From the NCBI RefSeq assembly GCF_006345805.1, contig NC_043004.1, forward strand, positions 100,936,001-101,000,000: a stretch of DNA of 64,000 bases. The letters are read 5' to 3'. Each line of letters opens with the position of its first letter. Positions within the stretch are counted from its first letter, which is position 1. Positions 12,147-23,667 of this stretch are shown piece after piece. This DNA is from Octopus sinensis (taxonomy: Eukaryota). Under the pieces are notes generated by a model. It saw only the letters and a list, made by a program, of their open reading frames with translations, searched no databases and was not told the DNA's origin. Position numbers and translations under genes: made by a program.

Positions 12147-14980
12147 GGTATAATTTTTCTTTCTCTCTGTGAGTCATAAATTAGATTTCAACTGTTTATT
12201 TTTCTGTTTTTCTAATTATTCTAGTGCTGAGGTAATATGCTGAAGTTTCAACGGTAAAAAGAATTTGTTTGTTCCTAATCTGTTGTTACTCTCGCTGCAT
12301 CAGGTATTCTTGGAGTGAGGTATTATTGACAAAGAATCAAATATGTAAATAAAGGTACGGCAATTTAAATATTGCAGTGAAAAATATTGTTTAAAATTAT
12401 TTCTTTTATTCATTGAAATACCTCAATATGATGTTTACGTGCTGATATCTATGTAGTTGAATTGATATAGCATTCTAACAGAGCTATGCCGCCAAGAATG
12501 GTGGTTATTTTTTCCTTCTGTTCTTCCGATAAATTTTCTTTGTTGTTATAAAATATTGAGTTTTTTATTTTTATTTTTTTATTTTTATCCAATATATTTG
12601 AAAGAAATGTTTATGAAATGTTAATTATATGAAAGTTTAATTTACAAAACTTTGCTATAAAATATAAATTATACAAATATACAAAATTAGTTCACAAAAT
12701 TTCAATCTATGAAAACGCTTTCATTACTAATTAGATATAATTTAATTAATTTGCTATATAACAGACTAAAATTCATCTGTTGGGATTTTATTAAATTAAT
12801 AGACATTTTTATTTACACATTTTAATTTAGAACATTGTCAAGTATTTTGTAAATATTTGGAATGTAATCAGAGCACGTTAGCTTTTGTATCTTCAATTAA
12901 TTCTTTAAATTGACCACTACTCCCATTTACATAATTGTTTTCTTCGAGTTGGGGGTTTTTGTATGTGTCACACACACTGTACGGTTAATATTATAAGATT
13001 CCTATTTTGTAGTTTTAAGCCAAATTTAGAAATTATTAGTAGACTCTTTTCTTTTTATTGTTTTCTTATTCGTATATTGTTATTTTCTTTTTGGTTTCAA
13101 ACATCTTTAATATCCATAGATATAGGGAGCTACTAATGAGCAAGCTAAAACAAGAAAAAATTCAACATTAGAATCACATACTTATTAACACACAGTGAAA
13201 ATTCTAGATTTTCAATTGAAATTTCACTCGTGTATATTTTGTTTTGCTTCCATCCGTGACAAATATGAACGGTATGAATAATGTCTCCTGTTAACTGTAC
13301 GTTTGTGCATGCACACGTTTTGTAACTAGCGCACAAAGGAAAAGAAATGGCGCACACAATGTTTCCAAGAGGAATTTCAATGTTTTTAATTGAAAGCAGT
13401 TACTTTTATGGATGCGCACATACTTTGTAAAGAAAGATAAAATTTGCACACAAGCAAACTTCTGCAGAAACTCACAGCGATAAAAAAAGATATCGGGAAA
13501 ATGCAATAATAGAATATACAATAATCGGTTTAAATCTACAGCTACAATTCCAGTCAGATCTAGATTGATTTACTGTAAATAATAAATCAACCTCAGTATT
13601 TAAGTGGTAATCTATTTAAAAGAACCCAAAAGAATGGAGATTTATTGTAACAGGATTTGAGTACAGATCGAAAAGGAGATGGGCAAAGTGTGGTATTCCA
13701 CGGACACCGCCTTAGAAGAGTTTGGGTATTTATTTCATGTGGAAATGAAGGAAATTATAATGACCATTGTAGTCAAGTGTTACATTAACATGAATTTTAA
13801 ATGGCTTTTTTTTTATATGGTTAAATCTCGGTTTGAACAAAGAAGTCCTGTTTATGATTGTGAATTGATACTTTATCTTTAAAATATAAAACTGTATTAT
13901 AAATTTCTAGGAAGCCTCTGTACTGAGCCGCTAAAAATAGCAACCAATGGTCAGCCAAACTACTCCCTACCATCTTAATAACAGAAGGACGTATCGGTTG
14001 ATGTAGTCTTTTCTTAGAAATAATATATCTGAGAATTTCTTTGATGATAAGTCTACTTGATCAGAGCTGCATTGGTGCCAGCCAGCCATCGTCATGAATA
14101 GTGACATGTAACATGTGTAAATATGAATTGCCAGTAACAAAAATTATACTTTCTTTTATAAAGTGTTTATATTTTAAACAAATGTTGGTTAGTTGTAACT
14201 ATTTCCTATTATTATATAACAGAAGAACAACCAAAACTGATACAGGTGAACAATTACAGTAAAACTGTAGAAAGAACAATAGAAAACTTTACGATTCAAA
14301 AGTCGCATGAGAAAGACAGACAGACAGAGACAGACAGAAAATAATTGAAGTGTGTGAAGAGATATTTAGAAAATTCCTTGGCTCACTCATTCTGTTTATT
14401 ATTCTTATATAACATTTGGCACTAAGAGACAAGTCTGGAAGTGGTTGAGTGGATATGCATAAGTCATTAATTCAGTGTTGCACTTTTATATTTCTTATTT
14501 GATCATCGTGAATCATATACGTAACAAACATGGTGTATTATTCTGCTTGTAACGTGTTCGAACGTTACAGCTTAAATCACTTTAATTTTGGGACGCATAA
14601 AATATTTCTAACGCGTTATAAAGAGCTACAAATTTACGCATCAAAATCAAAACTAGAACGAGGAATTTCCTTGGGTCCTGCTAATCTGATATAACATCAG
14701 AAATGGCAGTTACGCACTACATTCCGCACCACTACTGCTGCAATCATCAAAGTCATTTCCATCTCCCAATACCTGTCTCAACGATGTCATAGATATTACC
14801 TCAATACTACTATTGCTATTATAGTCAAAATCCTAATGCTTATATTTATCGCACTTCAGGTTTATAGTTGCTGCCACAGCTATTATCCAACTTTAGCCGT
14901 CGTCATTTTGCATTACTTCCGTCTCAACAATCATCGCAATACATAATTAATGCATAATATTAAACAGTCATTACAGAAAA

Positions 14981-15169
14981 ATGTCAAAACTAAAGAAGGG
15001 CACTTAAATATGTGACGTAAGCGTGATGTCACCGTGATGCTGTCGTTACGACACCACATCTGCGCACGACGCGACATTTTATTCCTAAGAAAGCAGACGA
15101 CAGTTTCAAGAATTTTTGACAAATAATTGTGGAAATTACATTTTTGTAAGGAAGTTTATTGATAGCTAT
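14981..15169 (+). repeat. Copy 2 of the ~200 bp direct repeat
   Basis: As copy 1, but with a 14 bp deletion (AAGACGAAGGTGGA) and TGACGTCA changed to TGATGTCA. Confidence 0.8.
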
Positions 15170-15199
15170 AATAAGATAGTACATGTTTTTATTTTAAGA

Positions 15200-15630
15200 T
15201 ATATTGTTGAATTTTGTTCGGTTTTTTATTGTAAAATTACGTATTTTTATATATATATTTATATTTTCTTATAAGATGATATACGTACATTTATTTAATT
15301 ATTTTATTGTTTTTATCTCAGACCTGATGAGTGACTATATTGAAATTGAATTGATTTTATTGTTATCAAATTGAAAATATAACCACGAAACACGTGTAGT
15401 CTATTTACTAATTATGTACTATTTATTTATTATTTCGTACTTTATTTAGTTCGAGGTAAATGTTTTATCGTATCTTTAATTTTTTTCTATATGGTATGAT
15501 TTAAGTATATCATTGTTGAATTGCTACATGGCGGTTCTTCTAATTAATATACATGTATTATATATTGTGAAATTTGATTTAGTATTACTCAATTGAATTT
15601 TTCCCTGTAAGTTTGGAATCATATTCCCTA
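15200..15630 (+). mobile_element. Solo PLE pseudo-LTR
   Basis: Contains an HHR (15320-15402) and ends in TTTTTTCCCTGTAAGTTTGG..ATTCCC, the same terminal motif found (reverse complement) at ~3593-3620 downstream of the 3798 HHR; followed by (ATT)n. The 5' boundary is uncertain. Confidence 0.6.
15320..15402 (+). ncRNA. Minimal type I hammerhead ribozyme motif with extended AU-rich helix II
   Basis: AGAC-CTGATGA-GTG..CAC-GAAAC-ACGT-GTA-GTCT: perfect core, helix I AGAC/GTCT, palindromic helix III loop. Confidence 0.85.
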
Positions 15631-15653
15631 TTATTATTATTATTATTATTATG

Positions 15654-15693
<40 letters not shown>

Positions 15694-15731
15694 TATTATA
15701 TGCTTTATTAAAAAGCAGCAAAAATATCACA

Positions 15732-15778
15732 AAAATCTGTTACTCAGAGTTTCACGTTTCCGTTCGTCGGACACTTTT
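15732..15778 (-). ncRNA. HHR motif in the inverted pseudo-LTR (CCGACGA core variant)
   Basis: Reverse complement reads GTGT-CCGACGA-ACG GAAA CGT-GAAA-CTCTGA-GTA-ACAG. Confidence 0.7.
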
Positions 15779-17622
15779 GTTTAGAATGGAGCAAAAATAA
15801 GGTTATATGCATAAATATACAATTAGATTGTTAGATACACATTCGAAAATGGTCTTGTTTCATTGGTTCCCCCCACGCCAACCCTTTATTACCCTAAAAG
15901 ACCACAAAGCTAATTTCAATAGAATCCCTAAATGTAGACTAATTAACCCAGCTAAAACTGAAATAGGCATTATTAGCAAATATATTTTAGATCATATTTT
16001 AAGAAAGTTAAATAGTGAATTAAATTTACGGATTTGGAAAAATAACAAGTCAGTGATAGATTGATTCAAAGTGATTAGCCATAAGCATGACTGCAAATTT
16101 ACGCAGTTTGATATTGTCGATTTTTATCCGTCAATATCTAGGCCTTTGCTTCTAAAAGCATGAGACTTCGCCATGTAGTGTGTCACCATCGATAGCACGG
16201 AAACAGATATTATCCTGCATGCAAGGAAATCCCTTCCTTTTTACTATGGTTTCCACCTGGGTAAAAAAAAGTGAGGATTCTCTTTTCAATGTACCGATGG
16301 GGGCATATGATGGGACGGAGCTGTGTATGCTTATAGGAACTTATATTTTGCATAATCTGCATCTAGAATTCTCTTTTATAGATGCAGGAGTTTACAGGAA
16401 TGACGGTCTTATAGTCACCCATAATTTAAACGGCCAAGAGTTAGATAAACTTGGGAAGAATCTGATTACTTTCTTCTAAAGAATGGGCTTACGGATTACG
16501 ATAGAAATAACCTTAATAACGTAGATATTTTTTAGATATCAATTTAGATTTACAATTGGATAAATTTAAACCCTACCGTAAGCCCAATGAAAAGCTATTT
16601 TATATTAGCAAAGAATCTAATCATCCACCCGTAATTCTTAAGAACCTAATTAAGAATGTAGGAAGGCGAATATCATCAATTCCTTCAGATGAGACAGCAT
16701 TCCAAAACGCTCCGCTGTAATACAATAATGCATTAAGAAAAAGTGGATTCTCAGAGAAGGTCCAGTATAATCAAGTTAATTCTAACAATAATAGACCACG
16801 TAGAATTAGAACTAGGAAGGTTTTGTGATTTAACCTCGCATTTAAAATTGCCATAAAGACTAATATAGGTAGAGAATTCTTAAAATTAGTTTCTAAACAT
16901 TTTCAATCAAGCCATAAGTTCTACAGAATATTTAATAGGAGAACACTGAAGGTTAGCTATTCTTGTTGCAAAAACTTCGCCTCTTTTATTAACCAGCATA
17001 ACATGAAAATTATTGCAAACAACTACAATGCCAAATGTAATCTGAGGAACTGCAACTTCAAAGATAAGACTTGCTGTCCATTGGAAGGTAAATGCCTTGA
17101 AAAAGGAAATGTTTATAGAGCCAAAGTGCAAGTGGATGGCTCACAAGAATATAAAACATACACAATGGCTTCAGAAAATTCATTAAAGACTCAGGTCTAT
17201 TCCCACCGAAATTCTTTCCGATACCCCAAGAATAGGACAGCAACTAGTCTTGCAAAGCATGTCTGGGAATTGAAAAAGAACGGCACTCGACCTTGCAAAG
17301 TAACCTGGGAAATTCTAGAAAAAGCATCATCATACAGACATTGAGCCTATAAAAGACCAATGAAATGTAATCTTTGCCACTCAGAAAAGTTCTTCATCCT
17401 GTTCCAGAATAAACATGCTTTGATCTAGAGACACGAGCTCTTAAATTCCTACTGGCACACCACGATGTTTAAAATGTTAACCGATAAAATACCGTATGGG
17501 TAAAATGTTTTGACTTCCGGAATAGTTGAAAGGACCAATGAAACAAAACCATTTTCAGATGTATATCTATCAAACTGATTGTATATTTATGCATATAACC
17601 TTATTTTTGCACCATTCTGAAC

Positions 17623-17666
17623 AAACTGTCCGACGAATGAGAACGTGAAACTCTGAGTAACAGTTT
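17623..17666 (+). ncRNA. HHR motif in the 3' pseudo-LTR (CCGACGA core variant)
   Basis: AAACTGT-CCGACGA-ATG AGAA CGT-GAAA-CTCTGA-GTA-ACAGTTT; perfect 7 bp helix I. Confidence 0.75.
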
Positions 17667-17761
17667 TTGTGATATTTTTGCCGCATATTACTCTACCTCT
17701 GGTATTCGAGTACTATTTTTTCCGCCTTGTTTCGCATTTATGTGCTTACTCTGGTATAGAT

Positions 17762-17765
17762 AAAT

Positions 17766-17796
<31 letters not shown>

Positions 17797-17857
17797 CAGA
17801 GACAGTGACAGACAGACAGACAGACAGACAGGCATACAGACAGACTGACAGACAAAC

Positions 17858-17945
<88 letters not shown>
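17762..17945 (+). repeat. Compound (GA)n/(GACA)n/(GATA)n microsatellite
   Basis: Direct reading. Confidence 0.95.
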
Positions 17946-18080
17946 TATTCTTTTCTACTCAAGGCACAAAGCCCGAAATTTTGAGGGAGGGGGCCAGTCG
18001 ATTAGATCGACCCCAGTACGCAACTGTTACTTAATTTATCAATCACGAAAGGATGAAAGGCAAAGACGACCTCGGCGGGT
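17945..18080 (-). mobile_element. SINE family B fragment
   Basis: Contains GATCGACCCCAGTAC..GAAAGGATGAAAGGCAAAG..GACCTCGGCGG. Confidence 0.7.
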
Positions 18081-18084
18081 ATAT

Positions 18085-18634
18085 GTATATTTTATTGTGT
18101 CTGGGAAGAGTCATTCTCTTTTAGTGCCTTATTAATTTAACACACTCACTGGTCTGATTTCCATTCATTTACTTATATTTACTAAAATTTTTGCTGCGTC
18201 TTGCAACCTTTTCAATATTCATTTGTGTGTGTGTGTGTGCGTGTGCGTGTGTGTGCATGCGTGTGCGTCAGTATGCGTGCGCACACACATATGTATGTAT
18301 GTGTGTGTATGTATGTATATAAGTATGTGTATGCATATATATATATATATATATATGCATGTGTGCACGTTTGTTTGCATGCATTATTGTGCATGTATGT
18401 GTATGTGTGCTTACATACATACATACATACATAGACTGATGCACACGCATGCGCACGAAAAAAGACGGAACGCAGTTCCGATAACGGATAGATCCAACGA
18501 CTACTGAAAAGGTTGCAAGACGCAACCAACATTTTAGTAAAAATAAGTAAATGAGTAGAAATCAGACCGGTGAGTGTGTTAAATTAATAAGGTACTAAAA
18601 GACAATGAATCTCCCCAGACACAATAAAATATAC
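18085..18634. repeat. 130 bp inverted repeat arms (18085-18214 and 18505-18634) around a microsatellite spacer; probable PLE terminal foldback
   Basis: The arms are near-exact reverse complements; an HHR-like remnant lies at 18472-18506. Confidence 0.8.
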
Positions 18635-18699
18635 TTCAACACACTAATTTACATAATCTTGCAAACCAAATACAAAAACGAAATATATATATATATATA

Positions 18700-18910
18700 T
18701 ATATATACTGTGTGGTGGGTGTCTTTAGGCCTATGGTAGTCCCCAATCACCGCTTGACAACCGGTGTTGGTGTGGTTACTTTCCCGTAACCTAGCGGGTC
18801 GATAGAATAAGTCCTAGGCTTTTTAAAAATTACTAAATACTATGGTCGATTCGTTGGACTAAAACTCTTCAAAACACTGCCCCAGCATGGCAGCAATCTG
18901 AGTAAAATAG
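18700..18910 (+). mobile_element. SINE family A 3' fragment, degenerate
   Basis: CGCTTGACAACCGGTG..CCCGTAAC..CCCAGCATGG. Confidence 0.6.
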
Positions 18911-19805
18911 ATAAAATGTAAAAATTTAAAAGTTTACTCAGAGCTGGTCTGACAGTAAACAACTGTTATAACAACCACAACAACAACAAAAATTAAATGA
19001 AGAATGATTAAAAGCAATGTAAACAACTGCCTCTTAAACGTATTATCATGTACCATCAAGAATTCCAACCGTCAGGTGATTTAGCAACATTTCATTTCTA
19101 TTTCCAACGCCAACGGGTGACGTGCGTATCTAGAATGTATTGCTGACAGAAGGGTATCTAAATTGGAGTCTTGTACTGCATGTGTCACAGTATTACGTAT
19201 AGTAATGCCAACACGATTTGTTTCAAGGTGACTGGTTGGGTAGGTGAGATGGCGTTGGAAATCTCTGAGTGTGGAGTTAATTAAATACATTAAAACCACT
19301 GAACTAAGCAATTAGACTTCATTATCCATGTATTAATTAGTGGTAACGTTTCGGAAATTTTTCATTGTATTGGAAACTGGTGTTAATGCTTAAAGTTACA
19401 GCGGCATATATTTATTGCCAGTCACGTCATCAGAATCTGAGTGTGTTGCTACGGAGACAGTTTGTATGGTGCGGTAAGTTGGAGTTTAAAGTTTTCATAT
19501 GAAGACAGCGCCCACGCAATCGCTTGATTTCGCTAGAAATAGAAGACAAACCTCTCTCAAGTTCCAACCTACTTTTCAAAGTAAGGTCGGTCACACAGGA
19601 TTTTCTTGGCCGTAACAACAATATTAACAAACAACTACTTCTACTACGTCTACTGCTAAAAACAACAGCAACAACAACTACTACTACTACTACTACTACT
19701 ACAACTACTACTACTACTACTACTACTTGTATTACTAACACTACTACAACTAATGTAAACTGTAAACTGTCCTTGTAATGTTCTCCCCGTCTCCAGTATA
19801 AACAA

Positions 19806-20230
19806 CTATTTCCTATTTCTTTACTACCCACAAGGGGCTAAACACAGAGGGGACAAACAAGGACAGACAAACGGATTAAGTCGATTATATCGACCCCAGT
19901 GCGTAACTGTTACTTATTTAATGGATCCCGAAAGGATGAAAGGCAAAGTTGACCTCAGCGGAATTTGAACTCAGAACGTAGCGGCATACGAAATACCTAT
20001 TTCTTTACTACTCACAAGGGGCTAAACACAGAGAGGACAAACAAGGACAGACAAATGGATTAAGTCGATTATATCGACCCCAGTGCGTAACTGGTACTTA
20101 TTTAATCGACTCCGAAAGGATGAAAGGCAAAGTCGACCTCGGCGGAATTTGAACTCAGAACGTAAAGACAGACGAAATACGGCTACGCATTTCGCCCGGC
20201 ATGTTAACGTTTCTGTCAGCTCGCCACTCC
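19806..20230 (-). mobile_element. SINE family B head-to-tail dimer
   Basis: Two consecutive units joined at GAAATACCTATTTCTTTACTAC. Confidence 0.88.
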
Positions 20231-20263
20231 TGAAGTAAACTGAAGTCATGCGCGGTAGTATAT

Positions 20264-20524
20264 CTTTTCGGCCGATGTCACTTCGTCAAGCATATTTTCG
20301 TCCATGTCTTTTTGTCCAATGATTGTTTTTTTGTCCAACGACAAATCCTATCAATAAAATTCTCAATGATTATTCGATTTTGATGTTCACCTTGTTTTCT
20401 AAAGAGTTTATTTAAAATTGAATTAAAAAATTGCCAGACAAAAAAAGAAAATATGGGACAAAAAGACGTCGTACCAAAAGACGTAGACGAAGCGATGTTG
20501 GACAAAGAGACATCGGACGAAAAG
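20264..20524. mobile_element. Foldback MITE-like element with ~10-11 bp internal subrepeats
   Basis: Left end CTTTTCGGCCGATGTC; right end GACATCGGACGAAAAG; repeated TTTGTCC/GGACAAA units. Confidence 0.65.
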
Positions 20525-21129
20525 TCGGGTCGTGATCTTGCACAGCTCTTTAAGGTAATAGCTGTGGTAAGAATCAAATTTATATTCAGTAGATCATCAG
20601 CATAAACACTGCTCGAAGCAATTCACTGGCAAAGTAATGCATTCCGATTTCAAAATATCTCTAACATAACCATTAACTTACAATCAATTTTATTTTGTAT
20701 GTCTAGTGTGTGTATATGTGTGTGGTACCCGAGTGCATATGTGTGAAAAATAATGGTGATGTACACATTCGTTTCTTATACGTTCCGGCATATTAGAGCG
20801 AGAATATGTTAATGTATTTCGTCTTCAGAGAACACCCCCTCTGAAACAAGGTTCTCCGAAGAAGGTACTGGATTCATAAACGTAAAAGGGTGTTTTGTCA
20901 CCACTGTTTCGGACCGGTTGTGTCTCTTCAGTCAAAGCTGCTCTCGAATTAATATAACGGTGGCTCTTCCTCATAGAATTTAGCAAACAAATTACTTTCT
21001 GAAGTGCGCTGATGTCTGACAAATCGTTAATAAATTATCATGTGCACGTACTTCAGCGAGAAACAAAACACTGACGTGCATATTCATTCTTAATATGCTC
21101 CGGCAGATTTGAACATGAATGTTCTGTTT

Positions 21130-21320
21130 GTTTTTTTTACTTGGTTCGGTCTTTGAGCTGCTGCCGTACTAGGGCACCACCTCGAAGGGTTTTAGTCGAT
21201 TGAATCGACCCCAGTACTTATTTTCTTTTAAACCCGGTACTTATTCTATCTGTTTCTTTTGCCGAACCGCTAAGTTACAGGGACGTAAACAAACCGACTC
21301 CAATTGTCAGGTTGCAGTGG
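21130..21320 (-). mobile_element. SINE family A 3' fragment
   Basis: Similar to 1925-2110. Confidence 0.65.
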
Positions 21321-21679
21321 AATATTATATTAATCATTGTATTTTGCCTTCAGAGAACAAACACTTTCTCCTTTCAGACGATCTGTTGATAACATGCTCG
21401 AGTCATTTAGTTAAAGGAACTTTGAAACCCCGGTCTTTCGACCTAATGCTTTCTCTTTGATCGATTAATTTCTAATATTAACACATAGCCATAATTTCTT
21501 GGGGAGGTGTATATATTTCATTAGTATTTGACTTTAACTAACTTTAACAACTAAGAGAATACGAGAGGTAAGATTGATGCATGTAGAAATTTAATTCTGA
21601 TTGTGAAAGAACATAGATAAATCTTTGAAGGTATTGTCTGCTGCTCAACCAATCAGTTATTCCATCTACTGTCTTTTAT

Positions 21680-22006
21680 AACTGGCACCCCGACGGTTAC
21701 GACGACAAGGGTTCCGGTTGATCCGATCAGCAGAACAGCCTGCTCGTGAAATTAACGTGCACGTGGCTGAGAACCCCACAGACACGTGTACCCTTAACAT
21801 AGTTCTCAAAGAGATTCAGTGCAAGAAAGTATGTGACAAGGTTGGCTCTTCGAAATACAGGTACCACTCATTTTTGCCAGGCTTATGGGCTGGAGCAACG
21901 TGAAATAAAGTGTCATGCTCAAGGACACAACGCGTCGCCGGGAATTGAACTCACGACCTTACGATATTGAGCCGAATACCCTAACCACTAAGCCACGCGC
22001 CTTCAC
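21680..22006 (-). mobile_element. SINE family C'
   Basis: tRNA head at 21950-22006; 3' block shared with family C. Confidence 0.8.
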
Positions 22007-22399
22007 AGTGTCTTATAATGCGTCTCTAATAGAAATTTCTATCCACCGAAAATTTAATCCACGTTTATAAGCATGAAAACAGAAACAGCAGATAGTTAGT
22101 TGCACAGGATATACACAGGACCTATTTTCCTGGCGTCCATTCATCATATAAGGCACCATTGCAATTTCTTTTTAACCACCAGAGTAACTTCAGACTTAGG
22201 AAAAGAAAGCTTCATATAACTCAGGACGTATGAAACAGGGGCAGATGAAATATTTTAAAAGAAACATGGACGTTTAAAAGAAACCTATGAAAGTGCTTTT
22301 GATGGGCAAAGGGTCGTTTTTTCAAGCATTGTCTCATATAGCAGCTTTTTTAAACTTTCAAATATCTTGCTATCTTTCTTTGGTTCTTTGTCTTTGAAT

Positions 22400-22771
22400 G
22401 GAGGCGCAATGGCCAAGTGGTTAGGGCAGCGGACTCGCGGTCATAGGATCGCGGTTTCGATTTCCAGACCGGGCGTTGTGAGTGTTTATTGAGCGAAAAC
22501 ACCTAAAGCTCCACGAGGGGATGGTGGTGATCTCTGCTGTACTCTTTCACCACAACTTTCTCTCACTCTTACTTCCTGTTTCTGTTGTACCTGTACTTCA
22601 AAGGGCCGGCCTTGTCACTCTCTGTGTCACGCTGAATATCCCCGAGAACTACGTTAAGGGTACACGTGTCTGTGGAGTGCTCAGCCACTTACACGTTAAT
22701 TTCACGAGCAGGCTGTTCCGTTGATTCGGATCAACCGGAACCCTCGTCGTCGTAACCGACGGAGTGCTTCC
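22400..22771 (+). mobile_element. SINE family C (tRNA-Arg-like head)
   Basis: A-box TGGCCAAGTGG, GACTCGCGGTC anticodon-like arm, B-box GTTTCGATT; near-identical to 32886-33268 and 42051-42430. Confidence 0.9.
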
Positions 22772-23367
22772 TCCCCCTCTTTGTCTTTAAAATTCTAGTC
22801 GTTGATGAAATACGTCTCCACCACAAATCATGTCTCTTAATTTTGGATGTATCTTAACCATAGTTTTCAACAGTTTTACAAAGCTAATTTCATCAACCAG
22901 CGTAAAAATTTATTTTTGTTCTTCAACATCACTATTATCTATCTTAAATGCAGCTGCTATATGTGCAACTTGACGTTCTTATCAATAATCATTAAACAGA
23001 CTACAGAATTGGAATTTTGTTGAATGTAACATTGGTCAATACATATTGTGTGTATTTGCACATGTTTGTACTAGGGAGTGCACACATATATATATATATA
23101 TACATATATGTGTAATGTGAATATAAGCACTTCTTTCACCCTCTTTTCCTACATATACATACACACGAGCGTGCATACATATATACAAACATATATATGC
23201 ATGTACATATATAAATGTATATATATATGTAAATATTATATATATACATATATATATAAACATTATATATATAAATATATATATATGTACAAGCATACAT
23301 ATATATATATTTATACATATATATTGTATATCTGTACATATAGGTATATATATATATATGTATGGAC

Positions 23368-23398
<31 letters not shown>

Positions 23399-23580
23399 CG
23401 TGTGTGTATGCTTGCATGAAAGTATGTGTGTATGTATTTTACATGTAAGTGTATGTACAATTAAATTCCAATTTTTCGTTTTTATTTCTGAAAACTAATG
23501 CATAAACATTATTCCTACACACACATCCATCGATCCATACACAAACTCACACATGTACATATAACACACACACACACACA

Positions 23581-23667
<87 letters not shown>

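Larger units (their letters stand above)
15715..17690 (+). mobile_element. Penelope-like element, Naiad-type RT plus GIY-YIG-like endonuclease, with inverted 5' pseudo-LTR
   Basis: Translates FITLKDHKANF..PKCRLINPAKTEIG, FTQFDIVDFYPSIS, GAYDGTELC, YRNDGL, and C-terminal CPLEGKCLEK.NVYRAKV...TSLAKHVWELK...CNLC.SEK. 15715-15840 is an inverted copy of 17563-17690. Multiple stops. Confidence 0.88.

Noticed and set aside
11944-15169. LTR retrotransposon interpretation of the direct repeats
   Set aside because: No CA end, only TGGTAT rather than a full PBS, no polypurine tract, no gag/pol remnants and no TSD seen.
17340-17350. In-frame TGA in the Naiad endonuclease region as selenocysteine
   Set aside because: It is not at a Cys-equivalent position, the copy has many other stops, and no convincing SECIS was seen by eye.
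19100-19262. 13 bp perfect inverted repeat ATTTCCAACGCCA
   Set aside because: No TSD or other support; could be chance or an eroded MITE.
22400-22470. tRNA-Arg gene
   Set aside because: It is the tRNA-like head of a multi-copy SINE, continuous with the SINE body and lacking a full cloverleaf.
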